24,000 nucleotides of DNA from Dongiaceae bacterium (GCA_036263455.1 DATAGZ010000010.1:1-24000); one strand, 5' to 3'. Shown: positions 7,800 through 15,369, numbered from the stretch's first letter. Notes: generated by a model not told the origin, from the sequence alone. Numbers and translations: made by a program.

Positions 7800-7958
7800 A
7801 TGAAAAAAACTAACATAGTATCGCGACTGATCGCTTGGCAGGACCGGATGTGGAGTCGGCGGGAATTGGCCAAATTCGATGATTTCCTTCTGCGCGATCT
7901 CGGCTTGAGCCGGGCGGATATCGATGCCGAAATCGATAAGCCCTTCTGGCGGGTCTGA
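7800..7958 (+). CDS. Small DUF1127-domain protein, 52 aa (absent from the supplied ORF track)
   Basis: Hand translation gives MKKTNIVSRLIAWQDRMWSRRELAKFDDFLLRDLGLSRADIDAEIDKPFWRV*. The core RRELAKFDDFLLRDLGLSRADI matches the DUF1127 pattern (R-x-EL-x2-L-x-D-x2-L-x-D-[IL]-G-[IL]-x-R-x-DI). GAGGAAGG (7787-7794) lies 5 nt upstream of the ATG. It is divergent from the LysR gene. Confidence 0.75.
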   Translation: MKKTNIVSRLIAWQDRMWSRRELAKFDDFLLRDLGLSRADIDAEIDKPFWRV

Positions 7959-7973
7959 GGGCATAACGAGATA

Positions 7974-8066
7974 CCCTCTCCCTTGATAGGAGAGGGGAGA
8001 GCATGAACGAGCGGGTGAGGGTGTGGTGACTTCCGACTTGTGAATCACCCCACCCAACCTCCTCAT
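7974..8066 (+). other. Two strong hairpins plus a CCUCCUC tract downstream of the DUF1127 gene (3'-UTR or sRNA candidate, or a REP-like element)
   Basis: Hairpin 1 is CCCTCTCC-cttgata-GGAGAGGG (7974-7996), an 8-bp perfect stem. Hairpin 2 is GGGTGTGGTGA...TCACCCCACCC (8019-8055), with 10 of 11 positions paired. CCTCCTC follows at 8058-8064. There is no U-tract after either stem. Confidence 0.4.
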
Positions 8067-8149
8067 CGAGGCGAGAGCTTTAATTTGCATGCCAAGGCCG
8101 CGTCGTTTACACAGGGCAGGTGATTCTTTGAATCGCTAAAGGGGGAAGA

Positions 8150-8563
8150 ATGTTTGCCGCGGATCGTTTTTTGGTGTGGGTGGCGCTCGTCAGCCTGATC
8201 TATGTGCTGCTCTATATGTGGATGGGTTTCCAGGTGGGCCGGATGCGCGGCAAGCACGGCATCGCGGCGCCGGCGACGATTGGCCACCCGGAGTTCGAAC
8301 GCGCCTACCGCGTCCAGATGAACACACTCGAACAGATGGGGCCGTTCCTACTCGCCTTGTGGCTCTGCGCCCTGCTGGGCAGTCCGGTATTCTCCACCAT
8401 TCTGGGGGCGCTCTACACAATCGCCCGGCTCGCTTATGCCGTGACGTACTATAAAGATGCGGCCAAGCGAGGGCCGGCCTTCGGTGCAGGCCTGCTGTTC
8501 TTGACGCTGCTGTGGCTGGGCGCGGTGTATGGCGCCGTGCGGCTCTTGACGATTACGTCATGA
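8150..8563 (+). CDS. MAPEG-family membrane protein (microsomal glutathione S-transferase-like)
   Basis: 137 aa with about four hydrophobic segments. FERAYRVQMNTLEQMGPF fits the MAPEG E-R-x2-R-x3-N-x-L-E block. AAGGGGGA lies upstream of the ATG. Confidence 0.8.
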   Translation: MFAADRFLVWVALVSLIYVLLYMWMGFQVGRMRGKHGIAAPATIGHPEFERAYRVQMNTLEQMGPFLLALWLCALLGSPVFSTILGALYTIARLAYAVTYYKDAAKRGPAFGAGLLFLTLLWLGAVYGAVRLLTITS

Positions 8564-8569
8564 GCCCGT

Positions 8570-8598
8570 CCGCAGGCGGATGAGCCATCCGCATGCGG
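8570..8598. terminator. Hairpin between the convergent MAPEG and rpmE genes
   Basis: CCGCAGGCGGATG-agc-CATCCGCATGCGG pairs at 12 of 13 positions. On the + strand a T-rich run (CTTTTATTTCTT) starts about 10 nt after the stem, which is farther than in a canonical intrinsic terminator, and it overlaps the rpmE 3' end. There is no U-tract on the minus strand. Confidence 0.3.
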
Positions 8599-8609
8599 GG
8601 AAGCTGCTT

Positions 8610-8834
8610 TTATTTCTTCAGGCCGAGGCCCTGGAAACGCTTGTTGAACTTGGCGAGCTGACCACCGCTGTCGACGAGCCGGTGGACGCCGGTCCAGGCC
8701 GGGTGAGACTTGGGATCGATATCCAGCGTCATGGTATCGCCGGCCTTGCCCCAGGTCGAACGCGTGGTGAACTTGCTGCCATCGGTCATGACCACGGTGA
8801 TGTCGTGATATTCTGGATGAATCTTCTGTTTCAT
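8610..8834 (-). CDS. rpmE: 50S ribosomal protein L31 (Cys-less form)
   Basis: The start is taken at [10 protein letters not shown], 16 codons inside the tracked ORF, with GGAG 4 nt upstream. The 74-aa product [30 protein letters not shown]...[12 protein letters not shown]...FNKRF is an unmistakable L31. It contains no Cys, as in the alphaproteobacterial L31 sequences I recall. Confidence 0.95.
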   Translation of the reverse strand: MKQKIHPEYHDITVVMTDGSKFTTRSTWGKAGDTMTLDIDPKSHPAWTGVHRLVDSGGQLAKFNKRFQGLGLKK

Positions 8835-8928
8835 GGGAGCTCCGTTTGGCGGGTTTATAGCGGGGCCGGGTGGCGCGCGCAAGTATTCCTTGCTGGCCGC
8901 CGCGAACTATGCGAGGACTGCTTTTCCC

Positions 8929-9246
8929 ATGACCGAGCAGGAATTTCAGCAACGTGCCGAAAGCGAGCTGCGGCGGCTCCTCGACTGGTTCGAGGAGAAT
9001 GGCTGCGATGCCGATCTCGTTTACGGGACCCTGACGGTCGAGCTCGATAGCGGACAGACCTATCTGCTCAATCTGCACGCGCCCACCCGTCAAATCTGGC
9101 TATCCTCCCCCGTATCGGGAGCCTGGCATTTCGCCTTTCAGGATGGGGGGGTCGGCTGGATCGCCACACGCGGTGGAAACCGCCTCGGCGATTTTCTGGT
9201 GGACGAGCTTGGCAGGCTGCTTGGACGGGCGCTCGCCGCGCCATGA
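8929..9246 (+). CDS. cyaY: Iron donor protein CyaY (bacterial frataxin homologue)
   Basis: The start is taken at MTEQEFQQRAE. The 105-aa product has an acidic N-terminal helix and the frataxin signature RQIWLSSPVSGAWHF. The upstream part of the tracked ORF overlaps the rpmE promoter region and carries no signal. The stop overlaps the next ATG (ATGA at 9243-9246). Confidence 0.85.
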   Translation: MTEQEFQQRAESELRRLLDWFEENGCDADLVYGTLTVELDSGQTYLLNLHAPTRQIWLSSPVSGAWHFAFQDGGVGWIATRGGNRLGDFLVDELGRLLGRALAAP

Positions 9247-11027
9247 CACGGCGCATTGATCCCCGCCTGTGGCGCGCGGTTCTTCCTTTTCTCCGTCCCT
9301 ATCGGTGGCAGGTCGTTGGCGCGAGCCTGTCTCTCATTCTGGCCGCCGCCGTGGTCCTGGCGTTCGGCGCCGATTTGCGCCTCCTTATCGATCAAGGCTT
9401 CGCGAGTGCCGACGAACGCCATATTCATTTCTATATATTCCTGTTTTTCGTTGGTGCGCTCGTGCTCGCCGCGGGGTCGGCCTGCCGATATTATTTGGTG
9501 AGCTGGATCGGAGAACGTGTCATCGCGGATATCCGCAAGACGCTCATGGATCATCTGCTCGCGCTCGATGCCGCCTATTATGAAACGGCGCAGGCCGGTG
9601 CGGCGATCTCGGTCCTGACCGCGGATACGGCGCTCGTCCAGTCCGTGATCGGCTCCTCCGTCTCCGTGGCGCTGCGTAATATCGTGATGATGGTTGGAGC
9701 CTTCGTGCTCCTGATGGTGACCAGCGTCAAGCTGACCTTGTTCATCCTCGCCCTGGTGCCGCTGGTGGTCCTCCCCATTCTCATCTTTGGACGACGGGTG
9801 CGTGCCTTGTCCCGCCAGAGCCAGGACAGTCTCGCCCAGGCCAGCGCCGAACTTGCCGAAACCGTCTCGGCGATGCGCACCGTCCAAGCGTTCGGGCAGG
9901 AGCGCTACGAGGCGGAGAAATTCCGCCGCGATAACGAGGACGTATTTACCTTCGCGGTGCGCCGCATGCGCGCACGCGCGCTGCTCACCTTCGCGGTGAT
10001 CGGTCTCGTCGCCGCCGCGATCGGCCTCGTGGTGTGGGTTGGCGGCCACGACGCCGCGTCTGGCGCCATGACCAAGGGCCAGTTCACCTCCTTCATATTC
10101 TATGCGATTCTGCTTGCTTCCTCCTTCGGCGCGATCGGCGAGGTATTTGCCGAGCTTCAGCGGGCGAGTGGCGGGTTGGAGCGGATCCTCGCGCTTCTCG
10201 CGCTGAAGCCGTCCCTGCCAGTCCCCGCCGCGCCGCGGATCCTGCCGCGCCCCGCGCGCGGCGCGCTTAAATTCGAGGACGTGTCCTTTTTCTATCCGGC
10301 GCGCCCCGATGTTCCCACGCTCGATTCTGTCAGCCTCGATATCCGCGCGGGCGAGCGGATCGCATTGGTCGGCCCATCCGGTGCCGGCAAGAGCACGATC
10401 CTTCAACTGGTGCAGCGCTTTTACGATCCACGCTCGGGCTGCATCCGCTTCGATGGCCTCGATCTGCGGACAATCGCGCTCGAGGACCTGCGGTCCCACA
10501 TTGGTGTCGTGCCTCAGGATCCGGTTATTTTCACCGGAACCGTCGAGGAAAATATCCGCTATGGCCGAAGAGACGCGCCCGAAACGGAGATCATCCGCGC
10601 GGCACGGCTTGCCCATGCCTGGGAATTCATCAATTCCATTCCGGGCGGCCTGCGCGCCCAGCTAGGCGAGCGCGGCATTCGGCTTTCCGGCGGCCAGCGT
10701 CAGCGGCTGGCCATCGCGCGGGCCATCGTGCGGAACCCCGCGCTGCTCTTGCTCGACGAGGCGACCAGCGCGCTCGATTCCGAATCGGAAGCGGCTGTCC
10801 AGCGCGCGCTAGATGAGGTCATGTCGGGGCGAACCACGATCGTGATCGCCCACCGGCTCGCCACTATTCTCAAGGCCGACCGCATCGTGGTGTTGGATAA
10901 AGGGAAGATCGCGGCGATCGGTCCGCACGAGGAACTGATCCGCCAGAACGGCCTCTACACGCGCCTCGCGGAGCTCCAGTTCGGCCTCATGTCGTCCTCG
11001 GCCCCTAGCCTCTCGCGGGTAAAATAG
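9243..11027 (+). CDS. ABC exporter, fused transmembrane plus ATPase half-transporter (ABCB / MsbA-Atm1-Mdl-like)
   Basis: 594 aa. The N-terminal ~300 aa contains about six hydrophobic segments. The nucleotide-binding domain has Walker A GPSGAGKST, Q-loop VPQDP, signature LSGGQRQRLAIARA, Walker B LLLLDEATSALD and H-loop IVIAHRL. Confidence 0.9.
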   Translation: MTRRIDPRLWRAVLPFLRPYRWQVVGASLSLILAAAVVLAFGADLRLLIDQGFASADERHIHFYIFLFFVGALVLAAGSACRYYLVSWIGERVIADIRKTLMDHLLALDAAYYETAQAGAAISVLTADTALVQSVIGSSVSVALRNIVMMVGAFVLLMVTSVKLTLFILALVPLVVLPILIFGRRVRALSRQSQDSLAQASAELAETVSAMRTVQAFGQERYEAEKFRRDNEDVFTFAVRRMRARALLTFAVIGLVAAAIGLVVWVGGHDAASGAMTKGQFTSFIFYAILLASSFGAIGEVFAELQRASGGLERILALLALKPSLPVPAAPRILPRPARGALKFEDVSFFYPARPDVPTLDSVSLDIRAGERIALVGPSGAGKSTILQLVQRFYDPRSGCIRFDGLDLRTIALEDLRSHIGVVPQDPVIFTGTVEENIRYGRRDAPETEIIRAARLAHAWEFINSIPGGLRAQLGERGIRLSGGQRQRLAIARAIVRNPALLLLDEATSALDSESEAAVQRALDEVMSGRTTIVIAHRLATILKADRIVVLDKGKIAAIGPHEELIRQNGLYTRLAELQFGLMSSSAPSLSRVK

Positions 11028-11085
11028 GATTCGCAGCAGCTAACCCCGAAACGAGAGCGGCGCGGCATCGCGGCGAAATTTCAAG

Positions 11086-11114
11086 TTGGCAAGGCGGTTT
11101 TGTTTTCGTAGAGT
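11086..11114 (+). promoter_or_regulatory. Candidate sigma70-type promoter for the sugar ABC / Entner-Doudoroff gene run
   Basis: TTGGCA (11086-11091), a 17-nt spacer, then TAGAGT (11109-11114), about 40 nt upstream of the ATG at 11154. GGGAGG lies 7 nt upstream of that ATG. Confidence 0.3.
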
Positions 11115-11153
11115 GCGACGCTGGCCAATGGCCGGATCTAGGGAGGAATACAT

Positions 11154-12434
11154 ATGAATATGATTTACCGGAAGAGTCTCTTCCTGGCGGCTGCCGCTGC
11201 CATCGTCTTGGGCGGCGCGGCGCGGGCCGAAGACAAGCCCGCGATCGAAGTCCTGCATTATTGGACTTCGGGCGGGGAGGCGAAAGCCAAGGGCACGCTG
11301 CAAAAGCAGTTCGAAGATGCAGGCGGCACGTGGACGGACACGAAAGTCGCGGGCGGCGGCGGCGACGCCGAGACGGCGGCGCTCCGGGCGAGCGTCGCGG
11401 CCGGTAATCCTCCGGGCGCTGCGCAGATCAAAGGCCCCACCATCCACGAATATGCCGAACAGGGCGCGCTCGACAATATCGACGATGTCGCCAAGGCGGA
11501 AAATTGGGACGCGGTCCTCCCCCCCCAGATCAAGGACCTTGTGACCTATGAGGGCCATTATGTCGGTGCGCCGGTCAACATCCATCGCATCAATTGGGTG
11601 TGGATCAATCCCGCGGCGCTGACGAAAGCCGGTGTCCAGGCGCCGAAGAGCTGGGACGATTTCTTCGCCTCGGTCGATAAATTCAAGGCGGCCGGGATCA
11701 TTCCGATGGCCCATCCGGGCGGCGGCGAAAATTGGGACGGCATGTTGTTCGAGCCCGTCCTGCTCAGCACCTGCGGCGGCGACGTCTATAAGAAGGCGTT
11801 TGTCGATCTCGACGACGCGACCTTGCGCGGCGATTGCATGAAAAAGAGCTTCGACTTGTTCCGCAAGCTTGCCACGGTGATCAAGGACACCGACAAGAAT
11901 TATGTCGGTCGCCCCTGGAACGAAGGCACGCAAATGGTGATGAAGGGTCAAGCCGCCATGCAAATCATGGGCGATTGGGCCAAGGGCGAATTTAGCGCGG
12001 CGGGTCTGAAGCCCGGCACGGACTATCTGTGCACCGCGGTGTGGCCCGACAGCGGCTTCATCCTGAACTCCGACTCTTTCGGCTTCTTCACCAGCCCCAA
12101 GAGCACGGCGAGCAATGAGTCGGGTAAGAAGCTCCTGGCCAAGCTGATCATGGACAAGTCGTTCCAGGAAACCTTCAACCTTTATAAGGGATCGATCCCT
12201 GCCCGCACCGACGTGCCGCGCGACAAGTTCGATTCCTGCGCGACCCAGTCGATGGACGATCTGGCCGCTGCGGTGAAGAATAACAGCCTGGTTCCGACCC
12301 TGGCCCACCAGGTCGCTGTCAAGGACGCGATCCGCGGTCCTGCCGTCTCGGCGCTCTCCAAGTTCTTCGAATCCGATCAATCAACGGACGAAGGCGTGAA
12401 GGCGTTGGCCGACGGCATCGCTTCGGCGAAATAA
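11154..12434 (+). CDS. Sugar ABC transporter periplasmic substrate-binding protein (glucose/mannose GtsA-like)
   Basis: Sec signal peptide MNMIYRKSLFLAAAAAIVLGGAARA|ED. The blocks VLHYWTSGGEAKA, GGGGD...LRASVAAGNPPGAAQIKGP resemble the Pseudomonas GtsA-type glucose-binding proteins as I recall them. Confidence 0.88.
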   Translation: MNMIYRKSLFLAAAAAIVLGGAARAEDKPAIEVLHYWTSGGEAKAKGTLQKQFEDAGGTWTDTKVAGGGGDAETAALRASVAAGNPPGAAQIKGPTIHEYAEQGALDNIDDVAKAENWDAVLPPQIKDLVTYEGHYVGAPVNIHRINWVWINPAALTKAGVQAPKSWDDFFASVDKFKAAGIIPMAHPGGGENWDGMLFEPVLLSTCGGDVYKKAFVDLDDATLRGDCMKKSFDLFRKLATVIKDTDKNYVGRPWNEGTQMVMKGQAAMQIMGDWAKGEFSAAGLKPGTDYLCTAVWPDSGFILNSDSFGFFTSPKSTASNESGKKLLAKLIMDKSFQETFNLYKGSIPARTDVPRDKFDSCATQSMDDLAAAVKNNSLVPTLAHQVAVKDAIRGPAVSALSKFFESDQSTDEGVKALADGIASAK

Positions 12435-12440
12435 GGCGAA

Positions 12441-12468
12441 GGCGCCCGGTTTCTTTCAGCCGGGCGCC
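12441..12468 (+). terminator. Intra-operon hairpin after the binding-protein gene (partial terminator or mRNA stabiliser)
   Basis: GGCGCCCGG-tttctttcag-CCGGGCGCC forms a 9-bp perfect stem, followed by TCTTCTTGCCTGCTT. It starts 7 nt after the stop (12434) and ends 15 nt before the next ATG (12484). Confidence 0.4.
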
Positions 12469-12483
12469 TCTTCTTGCCTGCTT

Positions 12484-13374
12484 ATGGTGAATAAAAGATC
12501 CCTGCAAAAGATTATTTCCGGACTGGTGGTCGCCCCGTCTTTCGCGGCCAGCCTTTATTTCGTCTATGGCTTTATTCTCTGGACCGGATATCTCTCGCTC
12601 ACGAAGTCGCGGCTTTTCCCCAATTATCAATTTGCCGGCTTGGTGAGTTACGCGCGGGTATGGGCGCAGGATCGCTGGCATGTCGCGATCGGCAACCTCG
12701 CGATATTCGGCAGCCTTTTCATTTTGATCTGCATCTTGCTGGGTGCGCTGCTTGCAATCCTTCTCGATCAACGTATCCGCATCGAAGGGGCGCTGCGTAC
12801 CATCTATCTTTATCCGATGGCGGTGTCCTTCATCGTTTCGGGGACGGTATGGCGCTGGCTGCTCGACCCAGTGGTGGGCATCCAGCAATTCATGCGCGAC
12901 CATGGGTTTCCCAATTTCGATTTCGCCTGGACGCAGAATGCGCACCTTGCTGTCTATGCCCTGGTGATCGCTGCCGTATGGCAATCCTCTGGTTTCGTCA
13001 TGGCGATTTTTCTCGCCGCCCTGCGCGGGGTGGATCAGGAGATCATTCGCGCCGCTTATCTCGACGGCGCGTCGCTGCCACGCATCTATATGACGATCGT
13101 GCTGCCCTCGATCCGCCCCGTTTTTTTGACGGCGATCGTGGTGCTGGGACATATCGGGATTAAGAGCTTCGATCTCGTCCAGGCGCTGACCGCGGGCGGA
13201 CCGGGCTATGCCTCGACCTTGCCGGCGAATTTCATGTTCCAGATGACCTTCGGGCAAAGCGAGCTCGGCATGGGTGCGGCTTCGGCCATGATGATGCTCT
13301 TCACCGTCATGGCGATCATCGTGCCCTATCTCTATTCGGAATTGCGCGGGATGGGAAAGGAACGACGTGGCTGA
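12484..13374 (+). CDS. Sugar ABC transporter permease (MalF/GtsB-like)
   Basis: 296 aa with multiple transmembrane segments and an EAA-loop-like AAYLDGASLPRIYMTIVLPSIRP. Confidence 0.9.
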   Translation: MVNKRSLQKIISGLVVAPSFAASLYFVYGFILWTGYLSLTKSRLFPNYQFAGLVSYARVWAQDRWHVAIGNLAIFGSLFILICILLGALLAILLDQRIRIEGALRTIYLYPMAVSFIVSGTVWRWLLDPVVGIQQFMRDHGFPNFDFAWTQNAHLAVYALVIAAVWQSSGFVMAIFLAALRGVDQEIIRAAYLDGASLPRIYMTIVLPSIRPVFLTAIVVLGHIGIKSFDLVQALTAGGPGYASTLPANFMFQMTFGQSELGMGAASAMMMLFTVMAIIVPYLYSELRGMGKERRG

Positions 13375-14257
13375 GGCAATGGTCCTAGCCGGCCGGAGCA
13401 GCGGGACGGCAGTCTTTGGGCGGATCCTCGTCTATGGCATTCTTCTGCTTTTTGCCGCCTATTTTCTGTTGCCGCTCTTTTTCATGGTCGCCACTTCCCT
13501 GAAGAGCCTCGAGGAACTGCGCCAAGGGACTTTTCTGTCGCTTCCGTCGCACGTCACCTTCTGGGCGTGGTGGGAGGCGTGGGTCGATGGGTGCGAAGGC
13601 GTCCAATGCGGTGGCGCGCTTGGCGGTCATTTTATCAATTCGCTTGAATTCACCATCCCCGCGGTGCTGATCTCGACCGCGCTGGGTGCCCTCAACGGCT
13701 ATGCCCTTACCAAAGTGCGGTTCCCTGGTGCCAATATCGTTTTTGGCATGCTGCTGTTCGGCTGCTTCATCCCATTCCAATCTATCCTGCTTCCCATGGC
13801 TTTCACCCTGGGCAAGCTCGGCCTGGCCAGCACGATCACGGGTCTGATCCTCACCCATGTGGTCTACGGCCTGTGTTTCACGACGTTGTTCTTCCGCAAT
13901 TTTTATGTCACCGTACCTGATGAGCTGGTTCACGCCGCGACGATCGACGGGGCGGGATTCTTCTCGACTTTCTGGCGCATCATGGTGCCGATTTCCCTCC
14001 CGATCATCACCGTGACCCTGATTTGGCAATTTACGCAAATCTGGAATGATTTTCTCTTCGGGGCGTCCTTCACGCGGGGCAATGCCCAGCCGATCACGGT
14101 CGCCCTCAACAATCTGGTCAATACTAGCGAGGGCGTGAAACGCTACAATGTCGATATGGCGGCGGCCATGATCGCAGCGGCGCCTACGCTGATCGTCTAT
14201 GTTCTCGCGGGCAAATATTTCATTCGAGGTCTGACGGCGGGTGCCGTAAAGGGGTAG
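13367..14257 (+). CDS. Sugar ABC transporter permease (MalG/GtsC-like)
   Basis: GTG at 13367 overlaps the upstream stop by 8 nt. An alternative ATG lies at 13379. EAA-loop-like motif HAATIDGAGFFSTFWRIMVPISLP, with multiple transmembrane segments. Confidence 0.88.
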   Translation: MAEAMVLAGRSSGTAVFGRILVYGILLLFAAYFLLPLFFMVATSLKSLEELRQGTFLSLPSHVTFWAWWEAWVDGCEGVQCGGALGGHFINSLEFTIPAVLISTALGALNGYALTKVRFPGANIVFGMLLFGCFIPFQSILLPMAFTLGKLGLASTITGLILTHVVYGLCFTTLFFRNFYVTVPDELVHAATIDGAGFFSTFWRIMVPISLPIITVTLIWQFTQIWNDFLFGASFTRGNAQPITVALNNLVNTSEGVKRYNVDMAAAMIAAAPTLIVYVLAGKYFIRGLTAGAVKG

Positions 14258-14259
14258 GG

Positions 14260-15369
14260 ATGGCGACTTTATCGATTCGCAATGTCAAGAAACGCTACGG
14301 CGCGCTCGAGATCTTGAAGGGCATCGATATCGAACTTGCCGATGGCGAGTTCCTGGTGCTGCTCGGCCCCTCGGGCTGCGGCAAGTCGACCCTGCTTAAT
14401 ATCATCGCTGGCCTGCTCGATTTGAGCGAAGGCGAAATAAGGATTGGCGACCGCGACGTCAGCAATGTTCATCCCAAGGACCGCGATATCGCGATGGTCT
14501 TTCAATCCTACGCGCTCTATCCCAACATGAACGTTGCCCGCAACCTTGCCTTCGGCCTGGAGATGCGCGGCGTCGAAAAAGCCAAGCGCGAGAAGGCCAT
14601 TGCCCACGTGGCCCAGATGCTGCAGATCGAGCATCTGCTGTCGCGCAAGCCCGCCCAGCTTTCCGGTGGCCAACGCCAGCGCGTGGCGATTGGCCGCGCC
14701 CTGGTGCGCGAGCCCAAGGTGTTTCTTTTCGACGAGCCGCTTTCCAATCTCGATGCCAAGCTCAGGGTGGAGATGCGCACCGAGATCAAGAAGCTGCACC
14801 ACCGGCTGGGGACGACGATCGTCTATGTCACCCACGACCAGATCGAGGCCATGACCCTCGCCTCGCGGATTGCCATCATGCAGAATGGCGAGGTCCAGCA
14901 GTTCGCATCGCCTCAGGAAGTATACGAGCAGCCCGTCAATATGTATGTCGCGGGTTTCATGGGTTCACCCGCGATGAACTTCCTGCGCGGGACGCTGACC
15001 CAGCAGAACGGCAGGCTGAGCGTCGCACTGAACGGCGGGCGGGCGCAACATCTGCCCCTCTGGCAGCCGAGCGGCGCCGTCAGCCAGAGGGTGGGCCAGG
15101 ACATCATCCTGGGCCTGCGTCCCGAGAATTTCGCCGTGGCCGGCCGCGCCCAAAGCGCCGCGCCGATGGCGCTGGCCGAGGTTACCGCGCAAGTCGACGT
15201 GGTCGAGCCGACCGGGGCGGACACGCTTGCCTTCATGGAATTGGGGGGCGCCAACACCATTGCCCGGCTTCGCCCCGGCGACGTCAAGGGGCCGGGCGAG
15301 GAACTCCGCTTCGCCATCGACATGTCGCGCGCCTGCCTCTTCGATCCAACGACCGAACGCCGCTTATGA
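14260..15369 (+). CDS. Sugar ABC transporter ATP-binding protein (MalK/UgpC/GtsD-like)
   Basis: Walker A GPSGCGKST, signature LSGGQRQRVAIGRA, Walker B FLFDEPLSNLD and H-loop YVTHDQ. The C-terminal regulatory (TOBE-like) domain follows. It starts 2 nt after the upstream stop. Confidence 0.95.
   Translation: MATLSIRNVKKRYGALEILKGIDIELADGEFLVLLGPSGCGKSTLLNIIAGLLDLSEGEIRIGDRDVSNVHPKDRDIAMVFQSYALYPNMNVARNLAFGLEMRGVEKAKREKAIAHVAQMLQIEHLLSRKPAQLSGGQRQRVAIGRALVREPKVFLFDEPLSNLDAKLRVEMRTEIKKLHHRLGTTIVYVTHDQIEAMTLASRIAIMQNGEVQQFASPQEVYEQPVNMYVAGFMGSPAMNFLRGTLTQQNGRLSVALNGGRAQHLPLWQPSGAVSQRVGQDIILGLRPENFAVAGRAQSAAPMALAEVTAQVDVVEPTGADTLAFMELGGANTIARLRPGDVKGPGEELRFAIDMSRACLFDPTTERRL

Noticed and set aside
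7974-8066. Direct assignment of the tandem hairpins to the CcsR/'cuckoo' sRNA family
   Set aside because: In that family, as I recall it, the CCUCCUCCC motif sits in the hairpin loops. Here the C/U-rich strings are in a stem arm (CCCUCUCC) or downstream of the second hairpin (CCUCCUC). I therefore keep only the looser idea of a DUF1127-linked structured RNA, with REP-like repeat as the alternative.
7776-8090. 104-aa minus-strand ORF spanning the DUF1127 gene and the hairpin region
   Set aside because: It is antisense to a better-supported small gene with a ribosome-binding site and a domain signature. Part of its translation (…TTPSPARSCSPLSYQGRG…) simply reads through the palindromic hairpins.
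8610-8834. Cys-less L31 as a zinc-sparing paralogue (YkgM/L31B-type) indicating Zur regulation
   Set aside because: As far as I recall, the primary L31 of alphaproteobacteria generally lacks the CxxC pairs. I recognised no Zur-box-like palindrome in 8835-8928. It is most simply the housekeeping rpmE.
9138-10616. 492-aa ORF on the minus strand, antisense to the ABC exporter gene
   Set aside because: It lies entirely inside a strongly motif-supported + strand gene. Its translation is R/G/E/H/D-rich low complexity with no family motif, and it has no convincing ribosome-binding site. Long stop-free antisense frames are expected at this GC content.
11519-11526. C8 homopolymer inside the binding-protein gene as a possible slipped-strand phase-variation switch
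   Set aside because: It simply encodes Leu-Pro-Pro (ctC CCC CCC Cag). It is short for a contingency tract and lies in a housekeeping transporter. The G7 run in cyaY (9145-9151) encodes Gly-Gly in the same way. There is no supporting evidence.
11040-12380. 446-aa minus-strand ORF antisense to the sugar-binding protein gene
   Set aside because: The reasoning is the same. The + strand product has a signal peptide and clear binding-protein blocks, whereas the antisense translation is featureless and R/G/A/D-rich.
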